Shown in pieces: positions 22,281 through 37,385 of a stretch of 64,000 nt of DNA. The notes beneath the pieces are model-generated. The model did no database searches. It worked only from the letters and a program-made list of their open reading frames with translations, and was not told the DNA's origin. Origin of the DNA: Takakia lepidozioides (taxonomy: Eukaryota > Plantae > Bryophyta). Positions within the stretch are counted from its first letter, which is position 1, and every line of letters begins with the position of its first letter. The stretch lies in NCBI GenBank assembly GCA_030704615.1, contig CM060732.1:22754001-22818000 (forward strand), in the 5' to 3' direction. The position numbers were made by a program, and so were the translations under genes.

Positions 22281-25200
22281 ATTTTGGGAGCGTCGTGGTT
22301 TGGGCGATTGTGTGGCTGGAATGCACACTGGAGAGGGGTCATGAATGTCGGGCAGAATTTCCTTTATATACTCTGGAAGAGAATTTACATTTATAGAGAC
22401 TTCATTAAAATTCTATTAATCTTGAAAATCATCCAAATCCTCATCCTGTTCTAGACTGTCCTGCTCCGCCTCCACCCCCTCAGTGCCTTTCTCATCTCCA
22501 GCGGACTGCTCGTTGGCCAGGCTTTCGAAAATCCCATCTTCCCCTTGCGGAACTGTCCATCTCACCTCCGTTGGGTCGTCTTCCTCCTTGTCTGCGTCGC
22601 TCTCATCCGCTGAATCACATATGTACTTTCGTACCCGTCTACCTGTCTGAGCTGCTGCCAACTCTTTCCTTATCCTTCTGTCCTCCCTAGCCCTCTCCAA
22701 AATCTGCTCTACTTTACTAGGATTCTCACTTCTTCTAATCGCTGTATTTGCGAGTTTAGCTGCATAACTAGGAGGGAGTAGTCCCTCACCGGGCTCGTCA
22801 TGAAGTCGGCCCTCGCAAAGAACGGGACATTCTTCCTGGCAGGAAGTGTAGGCCCTACATGTTTCGACCCGGACCCTGCAATCCTGCACATGACAATCAT
22901 CAACGAGACTAATGAGAACCACAGTCGGGAAATTCGTTTGACAAAAATGACCCAGAAGGCTTTGCAAACTTACAATGTTTGCACTCACTCGTATTCCGGG
23001 TTCTCCTCCGCATCAATGTCCACTGTGTCTTCCTCGGACTCCGACGAATCCGAGGAGACTTCCGCTCTGTCGGGAGCCTTAACATTCCGTTGCAGCCCTT
23101 CCAGATGGGATCCCCACACGGATGAATCCTCCTCGTAGGCAAAGAGGTGCCGGTCGGAAAACCGCCCAGCCCACATTGAGGCACCTGTTACAATGCCATC
23201 CACACATTACCACATGGCGCTTCAGATGTTGCGAACTACATCCTAACGAGAATTTGCAGAACAGCATAGATCAAGATTCTGCATACCTGTCCCACAGATG
23301 AGGTCGAGCACTGTGCCCTCCACGTCTATGCATGTCTCCATAATTGTCTGAATGAAGGCAGGGCTCCGAGTCTGTGAGTACCGCAGGGGTTCCGTTGAAG
23401 TGAGGCTATGAGGGAGAAGTTCCTTGGGAACGTTGTTGAACAGAACGTCGTAATCGAGGGGGTCGCAGTTCGGGTCAACCTTTCCTCCCTCCTTCCGGAA
23501 AGCAAAGGTGGAGTTCTCCTTCACAAAGCAGTATGCATCGATTTGCTTCGTCTGCATACACAGGGGGGAACGATTAGAAACCGAATGCGGCACCGCATTT
23601 GAAAACACCCAAGCAAATGAATGGACGAGTGCCAGTGTCGTAATCACCTTCTTCCCTTCCGACCGAAGGCCTAGTGTGTTGATGCACGTCCACTTCTTTT
23701 TCAGAATCGGGACGGCGCTCTTGCGGTCCACTTCGCAATTCCTGTCTGAGTGTTTTTTCCTCTGCTCGCCAGGACAACCACACAGCCTCTGTCGTCCAAC
23801 ACCATGCGGGCAAGCCCGAATCCTTTCTTCCAAAAGTCCTCCGAGTACCTGTTCCAAGATGGCAAAGCTTGCAGTCCTTCCACAGGCTCTCCGTCCGGAA
23901 TATCCAAGATGATCATATCGCAAGACCACTCGGTGGCATTTCCGCCCCTCCTACAATCCTTGTCTGCACACACCCTCTCAAAGAACGAGACCATATTCTG
24001 AAATCCTGGGGTGTCAGAAGGCTCTTCGGCAGTCGCCTTCTTCAGTGCTCTGCCCTTCAGACCCTCCATGGTCTTCATGTATGCCAACTTGGCTGCCCGT
24101 CCATCCAAAGCCGCCAAGAAACTCTCATTTACACACTGGACTACTGTTTCGGGAGCCACTTTCGGCCTCTTTATTTCCACCGGCTCGAAAGGGTGCCCCC
24201 TGGGGGGTTGAAGAGTGCCTTCTTTGCCGAGCCAGTTCTCGTGCCTCTCGTGACAACGGTGGCACAGGGGAGGCAGCCTGCGTTTGGGGGGGTGGGCTGG
24301 TTGCAAAGTCTCCATCGGAGTCCTCTTCCTCACCCTCTTCCTGAACAGGCTGTTTCTGCTTCTTCGTTTTGGCGGGTGTCACAACAGCTGCTCCTTGCTG
24401 GCGAGTCCTCTTCTTTGACCCCTTCTGTTGGGCCTGCACAGCTGCATCCACCGTCTTTTGTGCCATCTCAGCTGCCTTTCTGGATTCTTCCAGAGCAGCA
24501 GATTCCTTTGCCGACTTTGGCCTAGCAGGGACACGTCTTTCCTTTCTCTTCTCTTCTGCCAAGGCATGCAGATCTTTCTCAGACTCGTCAACAATACCGC
24601 CAGACATGTCCAGGTACCACGGGCATCCAACGAGATGCGCGAGATGCCATTGTTTCTGCATCTCGGGTGTGTAGACACAGCTTGGGCCCGCCACGGTCCA
24701 AGCCATGAAGAACGGGGGCTCTTGAGCCAGGGCCCCTGTCTGAAGGAGCACGTATTTCATATACCTGCAAGGCAGTCGGCATGCGTGAGCAAAAGTTGAG
24801 ACCAACCTACTCGCAGAGTGCCACCGAAAACATAAAATGCAAATGCGGTGCCGCATTTCCGAGACAAACCTTGTAACCAGGCTTCGCATACAAGGGTAGC
24901 TGTGCTTCACCTGTAAACAATTCGCATTGCAGCTTTCCCCGCTCCCTCCTGATGTGTAAACTCCACGCTCCTTCTTGCTGTCTGTAGCTCTCTAGCGAAA
25001 AGGTTGTCCTTGTACGCACATCTGAAACGTGTCACGTAGTCTTCCAATGTCTGTGTTCCATCCCATTTGACGTACAAGCCGAACGAATTTGTGTGCATTA
25101 CGACTTGCTCCTTCGCATTCGACATTACCTGCGATTCCCAAATGCATTGTCACGTAGCAGTTCAGGGAATTCATTTCAGAAAAGCAAATATGGGGAAGTA

Positions 25201-25514
25201 CCTTGAATTACCTGGAACCACCAAGTCATGCGGTTGAGCCACACATCCACTGCAGGGTCGGAAACTTCGAGTGGAAAAGACCACATTGTCCTTATGCTCT
25301 CGGATGCATTCCAGATCGACAGCCACCGTGTCTGCCATTTCCGATCCAATGTCAGGAGCTGGAAGAGAGTGGCTATTGCTAGGAAGGAACTTCAGTGCAT
25401 TGAAACCTCACCTTCTCTTTCGCCTCCACACATGCCGTTGAGAGGTGATGCAGTTTCTCCAATTGCATGGTCGGCTGCATGGCCCGAGAATAGTGTTTTG
25501 CAATCTCTGTTTTG

Positions 25515-28500
25515 CAATGTGTCCCAGAAGCACCCCTGAGTTCACACAGAAAGTACACTTCTCTGGATTCAAGCCCAGACCTCTCATCCTGCATCTGGCC
25601 AGGCATAACTCCAATTTATGCAAGTGCTCATTCTTAGAGCTGTACACACTGAAATCATCCAAAAACACCTGCATGAAATCATCCAGATACTCATGAAAAG
25701 ATTCACTTATCACTCTCTGAAGGTCGCTGGTGCATTACAAAGTCCAAAGGGCATGACTTTGTATGCATAAGCCCCCCAGTCTGTGATGAAAGCTGTTTTC
25801 CCTTGGTCTTCTTCTGCCACTTGCACTTGATTATAACCACTGAAGCCATCCATGAATGAGTACATCTCATGGCCTGCCACAGTGTCTAATACTGCTTCTG
25901 TGAATGGCAAAGGGAAAGGATCTTTCTTCGTACAAGCATTCAGCTTCTTATAGTTCACACATACTCTTAGCTTGCCATTCTTCTTTGGAACTATAACAAT
26001 GGGTGACAACCAAGTTGTATACTCTATTGGGTATATAAACTTAGCCTCAGCCAACTTCTTTATCTCTTCTCCAACCTTCTGTGCGTAGTTGGGATTCATT
26101 CTATACCTCGCCTGTTTGATTGGTACTGACCCTGGTTCCAGTTCAATCTTATGCTGACAGACTTCAGGTGGTATCCCTTTTAGATCCTCATAGCTCCAAG
26201 CAAATACATCTCTGTATTTGATGAACAAGCTTTTAGCTTCTTCGAAGAATTCCGGCTCCAAATCAGCTCCTACTTTCACCATTCTCGGTTCCTCCTGAGT
26301 TCCCACATTTACTTCTCTCACCTGCTCATCAGCTGTGATTGTCCAACCAGTCACCACTTCATCCTTTAAGCTCACAGTGGCTGGTTCTTCTAGGATTTCT
26401 ATCTCTCCCTCCTTTTCTTCATAGAAATGTGGTGGGTAACTGCTGGTTTCCTCTTCAATTGGTGTTGCCGACACTACACCACAGCAGATACCTCTTAAAC
26501 AACTTAGGCTTTCCAGCCGCATCTCCGCAACCTGCTCCCATTCTGGGTGTGCAGCAAATAGGGTAGCTTCCTGCTCCTCATCCAGTCCTCCTCTCCAGTC
26601 ATACTCTCTGACTCCTCGAGGTCTTCTTGTAGCAGGTAATCTACTAGATTTCTTTGTGGTAATTTGTATCTCGTGTATCCCATTATGCACGGTTAGTAAC
26701 TGAGAATTCTAGTCATGGAATACCCTGGCCTGTTTCAGCCACGGACGTCCCAATAATAAGGAGTAAGCCTCCATGACTTCATCCATTTTCAACACAGTTA
26801 CTGTGATCATAAAGATCATCTTCTGTATCTGTATCTTAACTCCTCTTATTAATCCCAATGGCTGTACACTTCTTTGATATGCCATTGTTACTGTAAATGG
26901 GGCTGGTTTCATGTTACTTAGATTAAGCTTCTTCCTTAACTGGTCTGTCATGATATTTAATCCAGAACCTCCATCTATCAGTACATCAGTTAGTTCTGTG
27001 CTCCCAATTCTCAATTGGATTACTGGCATAGAATCATCAAAGTCCATGACTGTTTCTCGCCCTTCCGGCTTCACATTATAACTGGTCACCTTGCTGTTCA
27101 GGTCTGTATTTCCTGTCTCCTGGGCAATTCGATTGATTGCTTGATACAGCCTGTGCCTACAATAAGGTGCCACAGCTAATAGCTGTCCAATGGTAATTTC
27201 TGCTTTGGTCTGGCATATTACTTCAGCCAAAGTCTCTTCATTACTTTGCATGTCTGCATCTTCTTTCTTCCTTTCTTTCCCACTCCCTTCTTCTTCTCCA
27301 TCAGAATCCGAGGAATCTGCCACAGGAATATCAGTACTCTTCTGCATTTCCCTTATAGTATCTGCCACTTCCTTGTGCAGTTCCTTCTCATCTTTCCAAG
27401 TCTCTTCATCTTCAGGCATATCATTGCCACCTTCATTATCATCTTCTTCCTCTACTACTGGAGGTATTAGTTTGGCTTTACTTCTTGTTATTATCATTGT
27501 ACTTACTTCTGGTACAACACATGGCCTAACCATGTGAGCTGCCACCACTGGGCCCTCATTCACAGGAGCTCTCATCTCATTCTGGTGTCTTATCCAGAAT
27601 GAACAGGCTGCCCTGCGATGTCCTGGCTGATTACAATAGTAACATAGTTATTCACCATTGGGTCCTTGCCCTTGGTCTGTTCTTGGATTATTTCTATAAT
27701 CCTGATTCCCGGGCTGGTAATTCCCCTTGGATTACCCTGATAGTTGCCTCTGGAATTTCCTTGGTAATTCCCTCTTGAATTACCTCTCCCTTCCATACCA
27801 TTGTTATAACCACCAGACCTACCATAATGGTCCCGATCATTGTTTCTTCTTGGCTGGGGCTGCACCTGATGCATCCTTACTTGCCTAGGTTCTCTTGCAG
27901 CTGTCCTTCTGTTGTAGTAACAATTCTCAGTAGAATGGTTATCCATTTTACAGATAGTACAGTGTTTCTCCTTCAGGTGGCATTCTGTGGTGGTATGGCC
28001 TTCATTCTGGCACTTTGCACACCATACACCCTTCCTCCAATGTGTTGCAGCCTCTGTGGCATACTTCTTCAAGATTTCTTCCAATCTTTTTTCATAATTA
28101 TCCCTCTTCAACTTCTCATTTCTCTTACTCTTTCTTTTTAGTTCTTGCTCTTCTTCTTCATCTGACTCATCCTCAGAGTCCTCATCATCCTTTTTCTCTC
28201 TCCTGAGCATTCCCATTGCTCAATTCTGTTTGCAGTTTCAAATGCCTCCTCCACTATATTATGGGGTAACATATCCACTCTCTTTTGCAACTCTGGTCTT
28301 AGTCCACTCACAAACCAAGTCTTCTGTAAACCGGGTGCTGGTACTGCAGCCAGCTTTTTCATCGTCAATTCCATCTTTTCCATATACTCCTCAACAGTTT
28401 CATGCTTCTTTTGCTTTAACTGTTGTAAACTTCCATACACTTCATCTTCAGTTTTACTTGTCCTGAACCTATTTCGAAATGTTGTATTCAAGCCATTCCA

Positions 28501-30467
28501 GGTTAGGAAATGATTATCAGGAAATCTTGCATACCATTCACTTGCTTTCTTGATAAGTGAACAAGGAAACAATCTCATCTTGGCATCATCGCCATTCTCA
28601 TTGTTCACTATACACATGTGCTCAAATTGGCTAATGTATACATCGGGATCCCCTTTTCCTGAATATATTGGAAAGGGTGGTTTTGCCCGTGTTGGTTGTA
28701 ACGCCATATGTGGCCCTACCTTCTGCCCACTGACAGGTGCTGGCACCCTTGCTGGTGCTGGTCCTTCTCGACCTGTTGTTTTTGTGGTGGATCTTCCACC
28801 AAGTGGTGGCCCTTGAGCACTCCCTGCTTCCGGCCCCACGATATTCACGGTATTCCTAGCTTCAGTTGCACTACTTCCCACACTCCCTGTCCCCCCAGAG
28901 CCAGATCCAGGCAGCCCGCCTGATCCCCCTGAGCCGACACCTTCATTGGCCTGTGATCCAAGTGCTCCACTTGATCCAGGTCCAACGGGTTGGGATGTCC
29001 TGGTTGTAGTCTCAACCTCAGCTGTTGGGTCTACTTCTTCATATCCTTCCTCTTCCAATTTCTTCTCTCTGTTTTCATCCTCCAAGTTCTGCCCTTGGGT
29101 TTCTTCTTCACTCATGTAACTCAACTGTAATAGTGTTGGAGAGTCTGAACTCTCCGTTGGCTCTGCCACATCCTCTTCTCCTTCTTCACCTTCTGCTTCA
29201 GAAACTGGAGTTCCTGCTTTTGGTGTTCCATGCCAACTCTTATCAAAGATTTCTGTCAAATCTTTTATCCAGGGATGTACCTCAGATCTTTCACCTCGTG
29301 ATTGATTTTCTTCCTGTACCAATTCCCTTAATCTTTCTTGCAAAGAAACAGAAGGAGTGGCATCCAACTCTAGTTCTTCCGGTATGGGTGATGTACTCTT
29401 TGATCTTAATGGTGTGAGAGGTCCAGATGATTCCCCTATGTCTATTCCTCTCTCCCAAAGATATGGATAATTAGCTTTCAGATAGCTTTATCTTTTTGCT
29501 GAATATCTCTGGCGTCTAGCTTCTCTTTCATCACTCATGTCCCATGTCTTTCATTTCTTTTAATGTGGCAATAACCAAAACTCTCTTCTGTAATATCTCT
29601 CGTATATGCCTGGGTTTCTTTCAAGCTTCAATGCACCCTTGGCTATACTTGAAGTCTCCGTTACCATATAACCATATGGCAAACAAGTCTGAAAAGCTGT
29701 TCTTGGTGTGAGTTTGATCCACAAAATATCCTTTGGAATCCAATTCTTTACCAGTACAAGCTCTTCATGCATATGAGTATAAACATTCACCTTTCTTTCT
29801 TCCCAGCCTTCAAACTCTACTCGCTTAATGGATAGCAATGCTATCACATAAACCAACGTGGGTAACCAACGTGCTCTTCCTCTACAGGCTACCTGATAAA
29901 TCTTTATCACTCCTTTCTCCAGACCCCATTCCGGATCAGCATCATGCACTCGCTTAAGAATATTTTCTTTACAACCGTCTGGCAATTCCAAGAACCTTTG
30001 AAAGAATTGTTTGGACAATCTTTCTTCCTTCGTTCCACAGGGAATTTGATTCACTTCAAATTCTTTAATGGTCCAACCACCATGATCCCACCAGATGCCT
30101 ATCACATCTGGTTGTTCATGACTCAGTTCCCCAGTATGGTCGCCAAATGTCGCGCGGCTTTTACTCACCCATCCCTTCGCTATCCGAGGCGGAAACTCCA
30201 AGATAGAAGAGTTGGAAATCTCTAAGGACTCAGCCCGCGCAGAACAATCAGTCATGACCTACAGCTAGTGTATCATGGGGGTGTTTCCTATTTGTTTCCC
30301 TTTTGGCATTCATGTTAGCTACCTTACCATTGATAATTAAGTATCAGTTTCCTTCATCAATCTATTGGATTCCATCAACTCATCCATTCATTCCACAGCT
30401 TCACTCAGTTCTCTCTACACAGTGTGATTGTATCGTATAAGTATTAGATTATGATTTATCAGGTATC
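25515..30467 (-). mobile_element. gag-pol: Gypsy family-1 copy: leader, upstream ORF, gag, protease and truncated RT; its 5' LTR remainder is at 41839-42345
   Basis: ORFs 28138-29367, 27590-28216, 26709-27575 and 25710-26690 carry gag, PR and RT motifs. Confidence 0.92.
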
Positions 30468-33135
30468 TCCGATGGAGTCCACCCACGCCCAGTGGCAGCA
30501 GTTCCACCGCAACAGCATAGCAGTGCGCCTTCTTCTGCATGGGTGACCGTCGTAGCTGGAAAATCGGAATCGAGGATGCGCATGAGCCACGGACTCCTCA
30601 GACCAAGATCGTCACCCCCGCTCGAAGGCGTAGTGGCCTAGGATATACTCAAAAGCCACCAATGTTTCCACAATCGAACCAGTATCTTCTCTGTAATCTG
30701 TGTACCAGATAACAATGTCTCCCGATGTGGCCGAATACATTGCATAATCGATGCCTCCAAATGGGCAGTCGTCCCGGTTCCGGAAGCACGGCATCCTTGC
30801 AAAGGAGGACCTGAGGATGACTTGGATGCAGATGACAATGACCTTGCGGACAGCTACGAAGCCCTTAGATTTTGGAAATGATGCGAAGCGGAAGAGCAGT
30901 CCGGCCTCCAATAATGGAGCATCTGGGTCCCACGTACCCACCGACGGAGGTGGAACGTGTTCATCACGCCGGCGGTGGATGAACCCATACATCTTTCTCA
31001 TCAACAAGTTATAGTTTGAGATCTGCCACCGAAGTCCATCCCCCGGATGGAAATTCGGCGCCGCATTTACATCGAAGAGGGGATGGACTTCGTCGTGTCC
31101 AGTGGCTATCGGCCCACCTGGCAGTGAGTGCCCATAGTTTGCATGGCAGGGTAGGAAACTGAAACGGCTACATTCATGAAGCAGCCAATCTTCATCGGTC
31201 CAGGATCCTGTAGGGGGGAAATTTAAATGTGCCCTGGAGTGTTTGTGAGGAATTGCAGCGTTAGCTTGAACTTTTTCCAGCCACCGCGCTGCTCCTCCTC
31301 CATCCGGGAGCTGCTGTCATTGAGCGTACTCCGCTACTCTTTTTCAAGGATGCCGTGCCGCCGAAATCCAGCCGACTGCCCTTATCATGGCCACGATTAT
31401 GCTATGTTCAAACCAGAATCAGGAGACATCATTGTCTGGCTCTCTGTTTTCACAGACTCTGCTGGAATCAAGCAAGAGTCTTTGCGCGCAATGGAGTATC
31501 TGGAGGGCTATTACCGCTTTGAGCGAGGTGAGGGCGAGGGTCAATGCGGTCCGTGGGTCCTGAAAATTGTTGACCTCGATATACCAAGCTGGAAAGGGAT
31601 GCCGGACAGATCACGCACGGCCTCGCTTTGGCGCTGGAACTGCTGCCAGTGGACCAGGGAGGACGGCACCGGGGAAAACTATATACGTGCAGATCACTCC
31701 GCTCTTCCAGTGTATGGAGACATTCGGCTGAGTTGCGAAGACGAATCGCACGGGCACATGAGGCCCACAGTGACCTTGTCAATGTATGATGGTGGTATCA
31801 TTGATGAACATGACATTGTCGTCGGCTCCAGCAAGGGCAGCAGAACGACCGAATTGCAGTTTACCTCGAGGTGCCGCAGCAGTGATGAGCTTGTTTTGAG
31901 GGGTATCGAAGTTCCGTCGACTTGGTGAAGCCCATGTAGAAGGAGGAAGGGCTTAGTTTTGTCTGCAGTTGGTAAATGTGAGACATCGTGTCCGATCAAT
32001 AAACCCATCGTACCTCACTTCTGTATGATTGTGTTTCATTCTGTTGAATAACTGTCGGAATTGGCCCACTGTTTACAATTTGATGTCTCATTTCTACAAT
32101 GTGTCTGTCCGGATGAATATAGCAGAGTAACCGGTATGTGAGTCATGTGTCAAGAATATACCAGAGTAACGCCATGTCGGACATTGAAATGCGGCATCGA
32201 AATGCGGTGCCGCATTTCCATGTCGGCATCGAAATGCGGCACCGCATTTCCATGTGGGACAAGGAAATGCGGTGCCGAATTTCCATGCCGACATGGAAAT
32301 GTATGAACCGCATTTCAGTGTCGGACAATGAAATGCGGTGCATCATTTCCGTCCAGGTACACGAAATACCAACACGGGTCTATAAATTGGACAGACAACG
32401 AGGTTGGCATTGCAAATGCGGCGATGCATTTCCAGCTTGGCAATGGAAACTTCTTTTTGGACAAGGGAATGCGGTGCCGCATTTCCGTCCAACACTTCGA
32501 AAAGTGTGACATTTCCGACCAGCGCGATGGAATGCGTTACCGCATTTCCGTGAGAGGGTCTGCAAATGGACAAATTGCGATGTCCGTTCTGGAAATGCGG
32601 CGCCGCATTTCCATGTCCGTCAACGATTTTTTTTTTACAATGGAATGCGGTGCCAATTTTTGCTGATGGGCCTGCAGTTCGAACAACGACCATCCCCAAT
32701 ATGGAAATGCGGCACCGCATTTCCAATTCCGCCATCTCGACCTCCTTGTTCGACCTCCTTGTTCGACCTCTGTAAGCGTGGTGGCATCCATGCAATGAGC
32801 GGGAGAGGCCAAAACTGGCGTGTGGACAAAGGAAATTTTGGAAATGCGGCACCGCATTTCCAATCGGCCGATTACTTTTTACTATGCCAACATTGAAATG
32901 GAAAATTTAGTCCCTCCCCTGTTTTGGAAATGCGGTGCCGCATTTCCAAAAGAGGTTCTTAGAGTTGCCAAAATTTTGGAAATGCGGTGCCCCATTTCTG
33001 ATTTTGGGAGCGTCGTGGTTTGGGCGATTGTGTGGCTGGAATGCACACTGGAGAGGGGTCATGAATGTCGGGCAGAATTTCCTTTATATACTCTGGAAGA
33101 GAATTTACATTTATAGAGACTTCATTAAAATTCTA

Positions 33136-36100
33136 TTAATCTTGAAAATCATCCAAATCCTCATCCTGTTCTAGACTGTCCTGCTCCGCCTCCACCCCTC
33201 AGTGCCTTTCTCATCTCCAGCGGACTGCTCGTTGGCCAGGCTTTCGAAAATCCCATCTTCCCCTTGCGGAACTGTCCATCTCACCTCCGTTGGGTCGTCT
33301 TCCTCCTTGTCTGCGTCGCTCTCATCCGCTGAATCACATATGTACTTTCGTACCCGTCTACCTGTCTGAGCTGCTGCCAACTCTTTCCTTATCCTTCTGT
33401 CCTCCCTAGCCCTCTCCAAAATCTGCTCTACTTTACTAGGATTCTCACTTCTTCTAATCGCTGTATTTGCGAGTTTAGCTGCATAACTAGGAAGGGAGTA
33501 GTCCCTCACCGGGCTCGTCATGAAGTCGGCCCTCGCAAAGAACGGGACATTCTTCCTGGCAGGAAGTGTAGGCCCTACATGTTTCGACCCGGACCCTGCA
33601 ATCCTGCACATGACAATCATCAACGAGACTAATGAGAACCACAGTCGGGAAATTCGTTTGACAAAAATGACCCAGAAGGCTTTGCAAACTTACAATGTTT
33701 GCACTCACTCGTATTCCGGGTTCTCCTCCGCATCAATGTCCACTGTGTCTTCCTCGGACTCCGACGAATCCGAGGAGACTTCCGCTCTGTCGGGAGCCTT
33801 AACATTCCGTTGCAGCCCTTCCAGATGGGATCCCCACACGGATGAATCCTCCTCGTAGGCAAAGAGGTGCCGGTCGGAAAACCGCCCAGCCCACATTGAG
33901 GCACCTGTACAATGCCATCCACACATTACCACATGGCGCTTCAGATGTTGCGAACTACATCCTAACGAGAATTTGCAGAACAGCATAGATCAAGATTCTG
34001 CATACCTGTCCCACAGATGAGGTCGAGCACTGTGCCCTCCACGTCTATGCATGTCTCCATAATTGTCTGAATGAAGGCAGGGCTCCGAGTCTGTGAGTAC
34101 CGCAGGGGTTCCGTTGAAGTGAGGCTATGAGGGAGAAGTTCCTTGGGAACGTTGTTGAACAGAACGTCGTAATCGAGGGGGTCGCAGTTCGGGTCAACCT
34201 TTCCTCCCTCCTTCCGGAAAGCAAAGGTGGAGTTCTCCTTCACAAAGCAGTATGCATCGATTTGCTTCGTCTGCATACACAGGGGGGAACGATTAGAAAC
34301 CGAATGCGGCACCGCATTTGAAAACACCCAAGCAAATGAATGGACGAGTGCCAGTGTCGTAATCACCTTCTTCCCTTCCGACCGAAGGCCTAGTGTGTTG
34401 ATGCACGTCCACTTCTTTTTCAGAATCGGGACGGCGCTCTTGCGGGTCCACTTCGCAATTCCTGTCTGAGTGTTTTTTCCTCTGCTCGCCAGGACAACCA
34501 CACAGCCTCTGTCGTCCAACACCATGCGGGCAAGCCCGAATCCTTTCTTCCAAAAGTCCTCCGAGTACCTGTTCCAAGATGGCAAAGCTTGCAGTCCTTC
34601 CACAGGCTCTCCGTCCGGAATATCCAAGATGATCATATCGCAAGACCACTCGGTGGCATTTCCGCCCCTCCTACAATCCTTGTCTGCACACACCCTCTCA
34701 AAGAACGAGACCATATTCTGAAATCCTGGGGTGTCGGAAGGCTCTTCGGCAGTCGCCTTCTTCAGTGCTCTGCCCTTCAGACCCTCCATGGTCTTCATGT
34801 ATGCCAACTTGGCTGCCCGTCCATCCAAAGCCGCCAAGAAACTCTCATTTACACACTGGACTACTGTTTCGGGAGCCACTTTCGGCCTCTTTATTTCCAC
34901 CGGCTCGAAAGGGTGCCCCCCTGGGGGGTTGAAGAGTGCCTTCTTTGCCGAGCCAGTTCTCGTGCCTCTCGTGACAACGGTGGGCACAGGGGAGGCAGCC
35001 TGCGTTTGGGGGGGTGGGCTGGTTGCAAAGTCTCCATCGGAGTCCTCTTCCTCACCCTCTTCCTGAACAGGCTGTTTCTGCTTCTTCGTTTTGGCGGGTG
35101 TCACAACAGCTGCTCCTTGCTGGCGAGTCCTCTTCTTTGACCCCTTCTGTTGGGCCTGCACAGCTGCATCCACCGTCTTTTGTGCCATCTCAGCTGCCTT
35201 TCTGGATTCTTCCAGAGCAGCAGATTCCTTTGCCGACTTTGGCCTAGCAGGGACACGTCTTTCCTTTCTCTTCTCTTCTGCCAAGGCATGCAGATCTTTC
35301 TCAGACTCGTCAACAATACCGCCAGACATGTCCAGGTACCACGGGCATCCAACGAGATGCGCGAGATGCCATTGTTTCTGCATCTCGGGTGTGTAGACAC
35401 AGCTTGGGCCCGCCACGGTCCAAGCCATGAAGAACGGGGGCTCTTGAGCCAGGGTCCCTGTCTGAAGGAGCACGTATTTCATATACCTGCAAGGCAGTCG
35501 GCATGCGTGAGCAAAAGTTGAGACCAACCTACTCGCAGAGTGCCACCGAAAACATAAAATGCAAATGCGGTGCCGCATTTCCGAGACAAACCTTGTAACC
35601 AGGCTTCGCATACAAGGGTAGCTGTGCTTCACCTGTAAACAATTCGCATTGCAGCTTTCCCCGCTCCCTCCTGATGTGTAAACTCCACGCTCCTTCTTGC
35701 TGTCTGTAGCTCTCTAGCGAAAAGGTTGTCCTTGTACGCACATCTGAAACGTGTCACGTAGTCTTCCAATGTCTGTGTTCCATCCCATTTGACGTACAAG
35801 CCGAACGAATTTGTGTGCATTACGACTTGCTCCTTCGCATTCGACATTACCTGCGATTCCCAAATGCATTGTCACGTAGCAGTTCAGGGAATTCATTTCA
35901 GAAAAGCAAATATGGGGAAGTACCTTGAATTACCTGGAACCACCAAGTCATGCGGTTGAGCCACACATCCACTGCAGGGTCGGAAACTTCGAGTGGAAAA
36001 GACCACATTGTCCTTATGCTCTCGGATGCATTCCAGATCGACAGCCACCGTGTCTGCCATTTCCGATCCAATGTCAGGAGCTGGAAGAGAGTGGCTATTG

Positions 36101-37062
36101 CTAGGAAGGAACTTCAGTGCATTGAAACCTCACCTTCTCTTTCGCCTCCACACATGCCGTTGAGAGGTGATGCAGTTTCTCCAATTGCATGGTCGGCTGC
36201 ATGGCCCGAGAATAGTGTTTTGCAATCTCGGGGATGAAGTCCTTTCCAAGTGTCGGATCTGCAATTGCCACCAGCTTCACAAGCTTTGACTTGTATTTGG
36301 TTTGGACTTGACACCGGCTTCCTTCAAGTGCTCAGTCAATGACTGCAACGTTTTGACCTGCCCCTCACTTTCCATGAAGAAACGTTTGGCATGGGCCAAA
36401 TCCAGCTTGATGTTTGACTGCCAACAAAAACATGCAGAAGCGTTACATTCGATTCATGTGGAAAGATTATGGAAATTGGGGAAGGATGAGCAGAGGGAAA
36501 TGGGAGGACGACTTACTTCGTATATCACCTCCACCATTCCATCCATAGTGAGACGATACCATGTCCGGTCTGTTTTTGCAACGGCTTTCTGAATGAGCTC
36601 GGGCTCCAGCATTTCCGCAAACATCTGCGGATCAGTGAGACCAGTTTTCCTCACCCTGTACAGCATATGTGCCATGTGGGTATGCACGTACGCATTCTCA
36701 GTGACCCTGCAAGGCACACTCTCCAGTTCAGTACACGGAAGCACGGAAACAAACCAGAATGGAAACCGAAATGCGGCACCGCATTTCGAACGTGCTAGGG
36801 AGGGTATGAGTATCTTACGAGTTGAGGTCCGCCATGGCATTCTTGAGCAGGGAGGAGTCTGCCGCCTTCACCTTCAGGATGACACACTCCACCATGTAAT
36901 GCCAGCCAATGTGCTTGGCATGGTTCTGCTTGATGTACTCCCACCAGGCGAGAAGTCGGTGATTCCCGTCCCACACAAAGAACATTTTACCAGACATATG
37001 GCCGAAGTCTGGATCACCCTTCAGCGTCGCCTCGAATTCGTCGTTGCGAGTGTGCCAGTGTG
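33136..37062 (-). pseudogene. ParB-methyltransferase-like cargo gene of element B, 5' part deleted
   Basis: MFFVWDGNHRLLAW (~36945-36990), CDMIILDIPDG, QTRSPAFIQTIMETCIDVEGTVLDLICGTG|ASMWAGRFSDRHLFAYEED, tail RWTVPQGEDGIFE. Intron positions match element A. Confidence 0.8.
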
Positions 37063-37385
37063 ATGAGCACAACTTGGTTGTCTGACCGTTTTAACTAACA
37101 GTACTGGCACTTGTCAGTGCGAACGTTCCTGTCTGCACCGAGAATACTGCTGGATCCACCCTCAGGAGAAACTGTCAGGAGATGTTATTTCGTCGCCGAA
37201 TCGGCCATCATTGTCATACTTACTGGCTATGGAATCAAACCTCCCACCTTCATGCATGTAGCTTGAAACAATACTTTCCACTTCAATGTGCGACTTCCAA
37301 TCGTCGATGGACTCCGCATGGTACCTGTGAGCCTTGGTCTGTCGCTATACTGAACCTCGCACTTGCCAACTTCGTGCGGTGTTCT

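Larger units (their letters stand above)
19803..25507. mobile_element. Partial duplicate of Mutator-like element B (RWNCC pair, palindrome array, 3' part of cargo gene)
   Basis: Near-identical to 30468-36229; no TIR; ends at a junction with Gypsy RT at ~25508-25518. Confidence 0.9.

Noticed and set aside
21476-22454. Many overlapping ORFs with MRHRIS/KCGAAF/GNAAPH repeats (also 32094-33174, 52208-54078, 57654-58293)
   Set aside because: Translations of palindromic DNA arrays that read the same on both strands; no coding evidence.
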